Shown piece by piece: positions 50,291 to 62,960 of a stretch of 64,000 nucleotides of DNA. The notes under the pieces were generated by a model. It did not search any database. It saw only the letters and a list, made by a program, of their open reading frames with translations, and was not told where the DNA came from. The position numbers were made by a program, and so were the translations under genes. The first letter of the stretch is position 1, and each line of letters starts with the position of its first letter. The stretch covers positions 143,532,001 through 143,596,000 of the forward strand of contig NC_086097.1 of assembly GCF_963921235.1 (NCBI RefSeq), written 5' to 3'. Source of the stretch: Mobula hypostoma. Its lineage: Eukaryota.

Positions 50291-52044
50291 CTCTGTTAAG
50301 TTGCATATCCAAACTTTTGCGATGGCTCCTGCGCGTGAGGGAATATTCACATTAGATTAGTGCGCCTGAGCCAATCAGTCAATCATTCATGCAGTGAACG
50401 TGGGACCTCGGGTTAGTGAGAGACACAGTAAACCACTCTAATCCCTAGAAATACTATCCCACAACTGGAAGAGTACACAATGTTCAGAAGGTTCTGTGCA
50501 ATAAATCTCTTAGACCTGCTACATGCAAGATAGAAAAAGTACATTTCTCTGATAACTGGAATGACTGGGCAGTTGCCCAAGGGGATTGTGGGATGGCTGT
50601 TTTTAGCAGTCTGGTTAGGAGTTGTATACTGAATTTTACTGCAAACATACCTAACCTTGTTTCAAGTTTCTCTGCCACACAGAAGCATGCTCTGTACACT
50701 AGGCTACCACTGATTGCTCTCTCCAAAACCTAAAATTAGCCTCTAAGAATATTTCATTCCCAAATACCACAATATCATTTTTTTCTCTTTCTCTGGATGA
50801 CAGTGTGTCACTATTTTAACACAGCGCAGCTTTGCAAAGTCCAAACATGCATGCAAGCAGGACCCAACCGACAGTGTGGGCTCGTAGAAACTTGGGCCAG
50901 GGAAGAAGGGCAGCCAAAAATAACTTTCTTGTTTACCAAAATCTTGGTAATTTAAGATTATTTTTCAAGTTAAAGGAATGTGGAGATTGAATAGTTGTAA
51001 ATGGATTGATGCTGCTTGGAGAGAAGAGGCTGGGGCAAGGTCTTGTCATATATTTATCCTACTTACTCGTTGTTGATCTGACATCATTCCTGTCTGTTGT
51101 GTTGCCACATGCTGTGTTAACGCTACGTAGAGATCAGTCAGGCTCCTGTGCTTCTGTCCAGTCGTTTCTCAATCCTGTTATATTCCACTGCGGTGCTCAA
51201 TAAAGCATGTAATATGGCCATTGCATGGAGCAGCCGTGGTTGTCTTGCTCATGAGCGAGTGGCTACGAGTAGCATCTTGGCTTTCAGTGCTACCTAACTG
51301 GGAGCGACCATCGCTCCCAATCCCAGAACAATATGGTCCCATTTTCTCAGAGAGAAAATCATAAGTAGGAATTAAACCTGGGAAATGCCTGGACAAACTT
51401 CTGATTTGATGCAAAGCAACCTGGAAATATCGGTATTACATTTTATTCCGGTATGTGTCAGTTTTCAATCACATAATGCAATTGCTTTTTGTGATAACTG
51501 CATAATAATATGTAAAATATCCCCTAATATGAGGGACATATGCAGTGTATTTTGTACAATATTACATGAAGTATTGTGTATATTATGTATAGGAATCTTA
51601 AATCTAATAGTGTATAGATGTGTTATACCCAGTAATACTGGAAATGTTATATAAATGTGCAGTTGTGCTATATCCAGTAACACAGATGTTCTAAATTGTT
51701 GCATGAAAGCCAAATAGTGTCTCTGAAGAAAGATTAAACACTTGTGCAAGAGCATTTGGGTGGGTTCTCCTTCAAAAGATGAGTTTCACAGGCTCCCCGC
51801 AGGAGTGCAGCTTCTGCTTCTTTGTTGTTCAGCACTGGGAAGAGATTGCCAGCCACTGAAGGCATCTTTTGGGTGGGTGCCAGTTATCAACAGCACATGG
51901 ACTGCTTTGGGGAAGAGGGCAGCAGCATTGAAAGGGATGTTCATTTCCATGCCTCTACCCACAAACCCTCTGCTATACTGAGCCCTTTACTTGTAACAAC
52001 TGAGTACCCCTGATACTTGTATCAGTCTTTGTAATTGAATCATT

Positions 52045-52775
52045 TTTAGGGACGTGGGCATTGCTGACACGGTCGGTATTTATCGCCAGTTCTGAGTTAA
52101 TCATAAGGTGGTGGTGAGTGAACTTTAAAGGTAATCCTAAAATGCTGTTGGATAGCGACTTCAGATGCTGGATTTAGAACAGGAAGGAATAGTGATATAC
52201 TACTAAGCTAGGATTGTGTGTGACTTGGAAAGAAGTCTGAAGGTGGTTGTGATCTGCCTTGCTGCCCTTGTCCTTACTGGAAAGACACTGGCTTGAGAGG
52301 TGTTGTCCAAGAAGCCACAGTACACTTTGTAGTTGGTACAGACTGTTTCTATTGTGCACTGGTGGAGAGGTGAATGAATATTTTAGATGATGGGTGGATG
52401 CCTGTCAGGTGGGATGCTTTATCCAGGATGGTGTCAAGCCTCATGAGTATTATTGGAGTGGCACTCATCCACATCAGTAGAAAGTATTCTGTTATTCCCG
52501 TGATTTGTGTCAGGTAGATGGTGAGGAGTTTTTGGGATGGCAGAAGTTGAGTCACTTGCTACAGGATGCTCAGCTTCTGGCCCTCTGTACCTGACTGATC
52601 CAAATGAGGTCTTGGTCAATGATTCCTCCCTCGTGGTGGTGAGGTATTTGGTAAGGATAATATCACTGAATGTCAAGTGTAGGTGGTTAGACTCTTTATT
52701 ATTGGAGGTGGGTCTTGGCATCTTTGTAGCACAGAAGTTGCTTGACATTTACTGTATCACTGCTTGAATGTTGCC
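52045..52775 (-). mobile_element. CR1/L2-group LINE 3' fragment
   Basis: EYFLLMWMSATPIILMRLDTILDKASHLTG (ORF 52349..52555). Related pieces at about 31275-31455 and 34390-34500. Confidence 0.6.
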
Positions 52776-53629
52776 CTGAAGAGTGGCATTTCCCAAATAT
52801 CATGTAATAGCTTGAGCATAGAATGAGTACTTTAACGTGTGTATGAGTGGGCTTCAGTGAGTGTTAAAATGCTTCGATTTCAGCAGAGAGACCCCTTAAA
52901 TGATGATTTTTTTTGTCTTTAGCAACGCTGGTTTACCAAGACGGGAACTCAGTTTGTGCCTTGAGAGATTGAAACATGTGCTGCACGATAATTGAGTTCC
53001 TTAGGTATACATCTATCACACAGAAAATATATACTAGATGGGTCCCTGCCAATTCTGTGATTGCTGTCATTTCTCCCAGAAATGAAAACTAACATGTTTT
53101 TTTAAAATCCTGGGATGGTGAACTTACCATTTAAGGAAAGACTGTGTCAACCTGGCCTGTGTTTACCAGACTTTAGAAAAGAAGGAAAGTACAGAATTCC
53201 AGTAGGGACGATCAAACTGGATACAGAGACGATGTTTTTCTGGCTGGAGGTGGGGGGTAAACTGACTTTCTATTTCACTCCTGCCTCCAGAACTTCAGCA
53301 CAGCTTTTAGTAGAAAACGATACTGTACAAACCCAGCATTAAGCTCAAGTAATTATCCCTGACTCTCCGCATGCTTGACAGATGTGGTGTTCCAGGAGCA
53401 GGCACCTCAAAGAACTGGAGACATAGGATTATACTGTCTCTGCAGAATTCTCTAAGTCCACTGACAGAATAAAGAAATTAACTTCAGTTCCTCCTCCCAG
53501 CCAACGTCCCCATCGATGTTGCACTTACACCCAGACAGCTCCAGTGGCTGGTCCCACCGTCTGTGCATCCAGCGTCAGAACCCTAAAACACACCCTCCAC
53601 TCCGAACTGTGTCTTTCCACGAAATTTCT

Positions 53630-54020
53630 GAGAGATGTCATGAAGAACATTCTGACTGGTTGCTATGGAGGCACCAAAAGAGGGTTGTAGACTCAGTCAC
53701 GGCACAACCCTCCCCACCATCGAGCACATCTTCAGGAGGCAGTGCCTCAGTCAGTGGCACCCACCAGGGACACGCCCACTTCTCATTACTACCATCAGGA
53801 GCAGGTGGAGGGTCCCGAAAGCCCACACTCAACATTTTAGGAGCAGCTTCTTCCTCTCTTGCACCAGATCTCTGGACAGTACATGAATACGACCTCACTC
53901 TTCCTCTTTTGCACTATTTATTTATTTTCGATTGCAACTTATTTCTAAAATTTTATGACTTGCTGCCTCAAAACAACAGACTTCATGACGGGTAATTGAT
54001 AATGAATCCGATTCTGATTG
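53630..54020 (+). mobile_element. Rex1/Babar LINE 3' fragment
   Basis: GTTLPTIEHIFRRQCL, GHAHFSLLPSG and HTQHFRSSFF, with a GATTCT-type tail. Confidence 0.7.
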
Positions 54021-57000
54021 GGATTTTTGATTTGGAATGTTCTCAGTATTTCCTTTAAACATCATGACGCCCTCACTGACTCATGGGAATCCTTGCTCAA
54101 ACTGGAGATGTGTCCAGGAAGACATTGATCACCGTGAATTTCTTCACTGGGGCAAATGGAGGCCCGGTAATAACAGCAGCAGCACAAAACCCCCCAAACA
54201 ACCTGTATCACCTGTGGCAAAGGTTACAGATTACAGAGCAGGAAGATTTTAAAGATTAAAGATTAACCTTGTCAAACGAACATCGGAACATACAGTGAGA
54301 CGCATGGTTTGCGTCAGCGACCTACACAGTCCAAAGATGTACCAGGGCAGCCGCAAATGTTGCGATGCTCCCATACCAACACAGCATTCCCATAATTTAC
54401 TAACTAAAGCATGTACATGTTTATTTTGAACTTTGAACTTTGTTTTAATATAAGGGAAGAGATATCTAGTGTAACATTGCAGGTAGTGTGTTCTACTGGA
54501 AAAGGCAGAAAAATATTGCAATTTTGGTACAGACAAAGAGCTAGAGGTTTGAGGGGCTGCAGATACTGGAATCTGGGGCAAGAAATGCACTGCTGAACAA
54601 ACTTAGTGGGTTAAGCGTCAATTGTGGAGGCAAAGGGATGGCTGATGTCTTAAGTTGAGACCCTGCATCAGGACTGAGAGTGTAGAAAGATGATGGCCAA
54701 TGTAAAGAAATGAGAAGGCAGGAACAAAATTGAGGGGATGATGGGTATCTGTAATGAACTTAGTAAAATTGAATATGAGGGGAATCTCAGCTTGATCCAG
54801 CTGTACCCTTAATTGAGATAAATTCCTTTACTCATTTGCTTTCACAAGGTTCCAGTTCCAGTTATCAATCAGCATTAAGGTGAAAGATGTTTGTTGTTGT
54901 TTACCTTAGACTCCGGTGTTCCTAATGAAGGCCTGATTGTCATACCAGTGTCCCTCAAACATCTGGTAGAATAAACACAACGCATCGACTTGCCAGGAGT
55001 GACGTTCAACTGTAGTTTACAGACTTGAGCCATTGTTCCTTGGCCAAGTGAGTGAGGAATCTTAGTCTGCAGTGAGCTGGCATTTGAGCAGTTCACTTGC
55101 ATCCAGGTCTGATAATCATCCAGCTGGATCAGAACCTGAAAATGCACACACATCGTGTCATCCCAAAGATGAAGTTGGCCATGCTGATACATAACAAATT
55201 TTAACAGCAGTATTTTAGAAATATAATGATGTGGATTTTTAACAGGTCTGAAATCTACATAGTCCCCTCCTTGACATTGGTAGATGCATTTACTGTTGTC
55301 TTGCTTGAAGGCACAAGCAACACGAGTTCAAATCCTAACTAAGGTGATTAAGATCAGTTAATAAATCTAAAATTGGAAAACTAGTTCCTGGGAAGCTATC
55401 TATTCTTGTTCTGTCCACACGCTCAAAAGTACTTTCTGAAATAGATGAGCAAACCACTCAGTTTTAAGTTGGGTTGGGCAGTGCGCTGAAAATAAATCAA
55501 ATCAGGCTTTTTGGTCTACAGATATACATTTCTGCCCTGATACATACTCAAAATATCTTCCTGGATCAGGTGGCATCACTTTCCCTTTTAAGTCAAGAAT
55601 TCATGACCAGTTTCACCTCAAGACTTGACAACAAAATACAGTCAATGTCATCAGCATAGTACTGAGAGAGTGTCGTCAGTATAGAGCTGAGGGGATACTG
55701 CTCGTCAGGACAGTGGAAGTGAATTTAACTTTATATCTAATTTACAGTAAATCTAATCCAGGATAGTGATTTTAATTACTTTTATTCTTTTAGTGAGCAT
55801 GAAGGGAAGTAAAACAGTTGTCCTAAAACTTGTTCCATGTTGGTAGTATGAAACTTGATATGTATATGTAGTGCTGACTCCTCAAAATCTACTGGAAGGG
55901 TAAGAAAACCAGTGACAATGTCTTCTCCCAGTGGACTTCAGCAGCATTGAGACCCAAGTTACTCTCAGTCCACTCTTTTGGGTAGGTCAGATGATTTACA
56001 TGCCCACCACCAGACTGTTGAAAAGACATTCTGTTCCTAGCTTAGTCACAGAGGAGAATGCCAGGTAGACCAGGAAAAAAATTCCAAGAATGTGCTCAAA
56101 TCTTTAATATAGTGTAACATTCCCACTGGCTCCTGGAGTATTTTGGCACTGAACTAGTCAAAGTGGAGACGGCATTTGGGATGGTACTGAGAATCTCAGG
56201 GCTATGCATTAGGACCACACAGACTCCCTGAGTTTGCACTGAATGGAGCAGGCCACCTCATGATCACCCACCCATCTCAGCAGAGACCTCCGGCCACTTC
56301 TGTGGAAGAGCCCACAGTTCTTGTGTTGGTCTCGCTGAACACCACAGAACTGGAGTGCAAGCAAGTCATCCTCAGTCCTGATAGCCAGCCTAGGAAGAAG
56401 AAATGTAGAAGTGCAAGTGTATATATTCTGCCTCTGAAGTTGTGGTTCCATTGACACCACTAAGCAGTGTGTTTGGTGCCACTTATAATGTCTCCTTCAC
56501 GAAGTTATAATATACAGGTGGGTTCTGACTCTTAATGTCTTCTAGTCATAGAACTGTAATTGATCACGAAGATATGTAGGAAACTGTTACACTCTCACCA
56601 CCCTCTGAGTGAAGACATTTCTCCCCATGTTCCCCTTAAACTTTTCATCTTTCGCCCTTAACCCATGACCTGTAGTTGTAGTCCCACCCAACCTCAGAAC
56701 ACATGGGTTTCTTCTTTAGTTTGCTTTCTACAACTGCTCCAAGTCTGCTAACGCATCATACATCACATATTTACGTATATAAGAGAAACGTATCGTTTTG
56801 AATTGATAAAGAGTGTGCTCTTCTTGGCAGCGGCAATAGGGAACTCAACAACTGGGTAATGCCTGACCCGAGTCTAGCCAGGAATCGAGTCACCATTCTG
56901 TGTACCTGTTCCCTGAAACAGTTCTTTCCAGTTCTGTCCCTGTTTCCTAGTAGGATTAATTCTGGCTGAATTACTTGAGCTTTGATACCAATATCTTTTA

Positions 57001-58384
57001 TGATGATCCATGTCTGGCGAAAAGTGAAGCATTTTATGAAATGTTTTAATACTCTGAGACAGTGGTAACATCTAGATTATAGTTGCATTTCCATCATATT
57101 GGGCTTTCTACATGTTTGTAATGTGTTCCCTTATTTTTATGATGGTTGTGTTGGTGGTTTTTCATCAGTTTGCAAAAAAAAAGTGCATCTGTGATTGATT
57201 TCTTCATATTTGTAGCAAGGCGCAATCTTGGGTGACAGTGGCTAGTTGCAAGATATTTTAATAGCTGGCCTAGATGTTGTAGGCGATGTGAGTTTTCCGA
57301 CGTGGAAGGACATTGATGTTATATGTTCTTAGAGTCTTGCAATGTACTCTCAATTTGCCTGAGGTTGTTGACCGAAAAGCTGTTTCGTTTTCAGTCTGTG
57401 CTGATGCATCCTGACCTGCTGCAGTTCGCAGAACGTACAGCTATGCCTTTAGCTTTCAAGCATCTGCAGTATTTTGCTTTTAGGTTGTTAATGGGTAAGG
57501 CTGGAGTAGGAGCCATGTTTCAATAGGTGCTTTTTATGTCAGAGAAATGTATACAATATACATCCTGAAATTCTTTTTCTTCGTAAACGTCCACGAAAAC
57601 AGAGGAGTGCCCCAAAGAATGAAATAGTTAAAAATTTAGAACCCTAAAGCCCCCTTAGCTCCCCGTCCCATGCACAAGCAGCAGCAAGGAATGAGCTGCC
57701 CTACCACCCCCACCAGCAAAAAAGCATCAGCACCCTCCACCGAGCACTCCACCGAGCAGCAAAGCGGCAATAAAGACACAGACTTGCAGTACCCCCAAAG
57801 ACTACTTGTGTATTTTGTGTTGTGCATTTATTAAGTGTATTATGGTAACTAGTTACATTAATTGGGGGACGTGGTAGAAGCAAAGGGAATAAATTATGTA
57901 TCCATGCTTATTTCATGGCAGTTTGTAGCTTGGGACCACGCAGGTCATATCTTTGCCGACCGCTGAGATAACGCTCAATTGTATGTTTGCAAATTGCTAA
58001 TAAAGGACTCTGGAGCAATCATGGCAGTTGTAGCCATTTCAAACAAGTATACCAACTTTGTGGGGTCACACGCTGGGGGAAGTTGTATTGATTTCAGATC
58101 AATTTGGATCAATTTTGCCACTACAGCTGGTACATAAAGTGCTTTTTTGGGGTGGGGGGAACCATACTTCTTTCATGTGGCATTGACAATTCCTTCAGTT
58201 TTATTTTTCTTGGCATACTTGATTTGTTTAATATCCAAAGCTGACTTGTTTCTCTTGTCTTTATTTAAGGTGTTCTACGTACCGTAGGTCATACTGATTC
58301 ACACTACTTTAATCCCCCCCCACCCCCCCCCGCCCCTGAGCATCTTCTTCTTGCTTTATTACGTTTTTGTACTTTGCTCCGCAG

Positions 58385-58495
58385 AAGGATATTGTGCTCC
58401 CCAATGGGATGGCATCCTTTGCTGGCCCGAAGGACCACCAGGCAAATTGGTTCCAATGCAGTGTCCGGATTACATATACGATTTCAACCACCAAG
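58385..58495 (+). CDS. pth1r: Parathyroid hormone receptor family internal coding exon equivalent to PTH1R exon E3 (hormone-binding domain)
   Basis: Pyrimidine tract, cag|AAGGATAT acceptor and CAAG|gtagga donor. 111 nt, phase 1-1, in frame with the upstream exon: (E)[36 protein letters not shown](G). Contains the class B motif CxxxWDxxxCW and the PTH-receptor [10 protein letters not shown]. Confidence 0.93.
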
Positions 58496-58692
58496 GTAGG
58501 ATCTACTAGTGTCCAGCTGACAAATTCCTCCAGAATGCGGTATTTGAATTTACATTTATTAGAATGTATCAGAGAGGACATGAAGAAAGAAAGATTGCTT
58601 TCATTGTCAGTTTGAATAATATGCTGTATTCTTGAAAGAAATGGACCAGGGATGACATAAATTTGCTTGCAAAACTTCCGGAGAATAAGCCT

Positions 58693-58917
58693 CGCAACGC
58701 ACATCAGATTCTGGGGAAGCTCAGCAGGCCAGGCAGCATCTATGGAAGAGTGCAAAGTCGATGTTTAGGGCCAAGACCCTTCGGTGATCACTGAAGGGTC
58801 TTGGCCCAAAACGTTGACTGTACTCTTTTCCGTTGATGCTGCCTGGCCTGCTGAATTCCAGCAGCATTTGGTTGTGTTGCTTGGTTTTCCAGCATTTGCA
58901 GATTTTCTCTCGTTTGA
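58693..58917. mobile_element. Fold-back Penelope-like insertion, loop-less palindrome, 12-bp TSD
   Basis: Centre CCTTCGGTGA|TCACTGAAGG at 58787/58788, arms of about 95 bp. GAGAATAAGCCT (58681-58692) versus GAGAGTAAGCCT (58918-58929). Confidence 0.85.
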
Positions 58918-61777
58918 GAGAGTAAGCCTTGGTGTTTTCTTCATAGATGGTAAATAATTAGCTCCTCATACTCTTGGTCCTCATGCCCATTGTACTAGGA
59001 GGGTTTAAACCTCATTCTGCATTTTAATCTCGTTCCTACTAATTAGTTTAGTTTCAGGATTTCTCCCGTGTGGCTCTGAGATTTTTCTCCTGTCTACGTA
59101 AAACCATAAGAGTCTCACAGCCTCACTTTGCATTTTTATTACCAATCAAAGAAATTTAATGAAAGATGAATGCAACCAGTGATAGAATATGCATAGATAT
59201 CATTCCATGTAGCTCAGTGGAAGGAAAGCAATATTTTGGCTGATTAATGTTTGATATGAGTGTGGGAAAACAGGATGAATTATCTCTCACCTGTTGTTAT
59301 GACCACGAAGCTTGAGCCCCGCATCCAAGCTGGAAATTTAGTCTGGGACTCTGCCAGAGTCTATAACAATTATAGCTTTCCCAGCAGGCTCAGGATACAT
59401 ACTGAGTCTGTAAATTAGTAACTTGACTCTGAAAAGTCTAAACCTCACTGCTCTTTGTGTCTACTATCCCAAACAGTTATTAAAAGCCTGCTTTTCCTTT
59501 AATAAATTTCAAATGTTGCTTTTTTTAATCTAACTGGCTCACATTTGTGACTATAATGTGAATGATTTTATTATTGGGCTTAAGATCAAATCCATCTCCC
59601 GCAGAGTTAAGGAATCACACTTGTAGTTTACTCATCTGCTTTTGGCTGTAAGATTGCCGGTGCCACCTGTGTTAAATTTTGCCCCCACCCCCCCTTTCAC
59701 CGGGAGTTGATTATGGAGGTGGATGAAGAGACACAGGTACCTTTGTTACTTACTCACTTTGTGAAATTTGCCAGGCCATGCTTACCGGCAGTGCAACATC
59801 AATGGGAGCTGGAAGCTTGCAGTAAACAACAATCGAACATGGGCGAATTACACAGAGTGTTCAAGGCACCTTCCAATTGTGAACCAGAGCGCAGAAGAGG
59901 TGATGTACACTAAATCATTCTTATTCTGATATCATTCTGAGCACGTGGCTTTCAGAATATTGGAAGGCTCTGATCAACTACCAGTAGCATTCACAATTTC
60001 AATGAGGTGAACAACCTCAAAGTCTTTTAGTGAAGAGAACGTCAGCCAGGATGCTGAGAAATCTTCTTGTGCTCTGAATAATTAGATCACCAAACAGCAG
60101 CACTGGAGCAGGAATACGTCACCTGAGTTTTTAAGCATGCTTCATCATTATTAAGACTGTGGCCAACCTTTTACCTTAACTTTACATTCCCATATTATTT
60201 CCAAATCCATCGCTAGGATATGGTACAAGGATTACTTCTGTAACAAACCTGTTAATGATCTACATCAATAGCTGAGATGAAGGGATTGGGTGAAGTGAAA
60301 GGGGAAACAGAATGTGGGGTCTGGGGTCTGTGTAGGAAGAACTGGCAGGATAGGGACATGGGTGAAAGAAAAAATGGAAGATTATGGACTGTGTAGGAGG
60401 GAAGGGACAGATTGATTGTGGAGTAGAATTAAAGGTCTGCACAACATCATTGGCCACAACATCTGTATTGTTCTATGTTCTATGAAATCAGTAAATTCAG
60501 TGTTTATTGTATTAGTTTATAGACTTGCCCAAGTGGAAACACAGGGAAATGTTCCTCTCACTTGCATTGGCAGTGAACAGATATGTAGCTGTGGGAATGG
60601 GGAGGAGAAAAAAAAGATTAACGTCCAGGAGCACCAGACTGTCATGGCGGATTGAAAAGTCGACATTCATTTGGTGGAACAAATTTTCAAGTACTTTATA
60701 AAAGACAAACTTCGTCAAAGTTTGTGTTGTGTCGTTAATGATTAGTGTGATTTTATATATGTCCCAAGGTCATATCAGAATTATAACTTTGAAGACAGTC
60801 CATCACTACTCCCTGCTCCTCCCCTGCCCTCCACACACATTCCACTCATAGCATGAGCTGTCAGTTGTTCCATTATTGAGCAGTGTTATGGTGCTGAACG
60901 AAGCTCTCTTCGAGTGTCTCGAGGCCACTGTGAACCAGAATTTGTGACATCTCATTACATTCTGCAAACAGAGTCTAGTATGCGCTGTGAAGTTTGGCAT
61001 TGTAAACCTGGGAGTCCATATATAGACCAGTATATCTGGATGTCTAGAATAAACTGAAGTAAGGAGAAAAAGATTGAGTATCGCATTAATATAACACTGA
61101 AGTGGAGTGTTTTGTTGCTGCAAAACTCGAGTGTTAATCATTTTATGAACATAAAATAGCTTCATGTTGCATCAATTGTGATTAGTACAAATGTACACCC
61201 ATCCCTTGATAGAGCTCTAAATATCAAGACAGTTCTTCAGTACTAGCTGCCAAGAACATTCCCTGCACAGCATGAATTGTCAGTCATTCAGTTCCTATGC
61301 ATCAGTTGTTCTGCTGATAGGAGCCCTGTATGTTTATGTCTTGTGGTGAATGTTAACCAGTCAGTGACACATCATTACTTTATTTCAGGATATCTTTTAT
61401 CGTCTGTACCTCATATACACAGTGGGCTACTCTGTCTCATTTGGCTCGTTGACTGTGGCTGTTATTATACTGGGCTACTTCAGGTAAAGAATGTTGTCTG
61501 GTTATTTTGAAAATCCTGTAATTAGCAGAAGGATTTCTTTCTCATTGAAGGTCAAATTGGTGACAGGGTAAATGGAACTGGTTTTACATGGGCATAACTT
61601 AGCAATATTCTGTGTCCTGTTATCAGTGTTCTGTTGTTACACCCATTTAAAAAAAATTCTAAGTTATAGTCAGTTGAAGAGACAAACCAAAGGAACTTTC
61701 AGCAGGGTAATAAATTAAGAATTAACACTATATTAAATAGAAACAGAAGATGACCAGGTGAGGCCTGAAATACGTTT

Positions 61778-62432
61778 GTAGATTGGGGGACCACTTTGTC
61801 AGTGCCTTTGCTTCGATTGCCACAAAAAGCAGGATTTCCTGATGGCAACCAACTTCCCATTCCTATTCTGGCACATCAGTCCATAGCCTCCTGTACTGCC
61901 ACGATGAAGCCACGCTCAGTTTGGGGGAGCAACCTCCTATTCCGACTGGGTAGCCTCCAATCTGATGGCATGAGCATCAATTTTTCTAACGTCTGTTAAT
62001 TTCTTCCATCTCCCCCTTCTCTCTTTATCCATTCCCCATTCTGGTTTCCTGTTCACCCTTTCTCTTCTTACTTGCCCATCACCTTCATCTGATGCCCCTC
62101 TTCCTTTCATGGTCCACTGTCCTCTCCTATTAGATTCCTTCTTCTTCAGCCCTTTACCTCTTCCACCTATCACTTCCTCAATTCTTACTTCATTTCCCCC
62201 TCCCCCAGCTTCCTGCCTTTTCCCTTATCTGTTTTCACCTATCATCTTCCAGCTTCTTCCTCTCCCCACCTTCTTATCTTCTTCCTTCTTCCTTTCTATT
62301 CTTGATGAAGGGTCTCAGCCTGAAACATCAAATGTTTATTCCTCTCCACAGGCGCTGCCTGATTTGCTGAGTTCCTCCAGCATTTTGTGTATGTTGCTCA
62401 TGATTTCCAGCTTCCACAGAATTTCTTGTGTG
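61778..62432 (+). mobile_element. Penelope-like element 3' portion: GIY-YIG remnant, pyrimidine tract, mutated hammerhead
   Basis: RLGDHFV..; LLFRLGSLQSDGMSINFSN; TTGATGAAGGGTCTCAGCCTGAAACATC at about 62302-62329. Confidence 0.8.
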
Positions 62433-62770
62433 TAGATGACCACACAACCTGTCATGACTACTTTACTATTTAATAAGATCATGGTTGAGTTTGTTAACTC
62501 ATTGCTAATTGCACCAAAGACATTTTCTTTAATTCTTACAATGTTGAAAGACTTATTGAACTCTGTGTTGAATATATGTTGCAACAGCATCTACGTAGTT
62601 CTCTTAGATCTAAAATGTCAAAGATTCATTCCACTTGTGGTGGAAAAAGTTCTTTCTTTCTTTCTTTTTTCATGGCTAATGCTGGGTTTAGAGACAGTGA
62701 CAACTATTTCTAGGCTATATGGTCAGGGGAAACATCATCCCTCAATCTATCCTATTAAACCCCTTAAGAA

Positions 62771-62960
62771 GACACAAGCAATTCTGCAGATGCTACAAAT
62801 CTTGATCAACACGCACAAAATTCTGGAGGAACTCAGCAGGTCAGTCTGCATCAATGGAGGGAATGTGCAGTTGACATTTCAGACTGAAGGAATGAAGGAT
62901 CCCAGCCTGAAATGTTGATTACTCATTTCCCTCCATAGATGCTGGCTGCCCACTGCATCA
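62771..62960. mobile_element. Fold-back Penelope-like insertion with 8-bp TSD, inside a CR1 3' remnant
   Basis: CTTAAGAA at 62763-62770 and 62961-62968. Inverted arms meet near 62890. Confidence 0.7.

Noticed and set aside
58309..58755. ORFs 58367..58615(+) and 58309..58755(-)
   Set aside because: They are off-frame or antisense to the real receptor exon and resemble no protein I recognise.
62436..62918. 160-aa ORF, the longest near the window end
   Set aside because: It runs through antisense CR1 and PLE remnants and has no recognisable domain.
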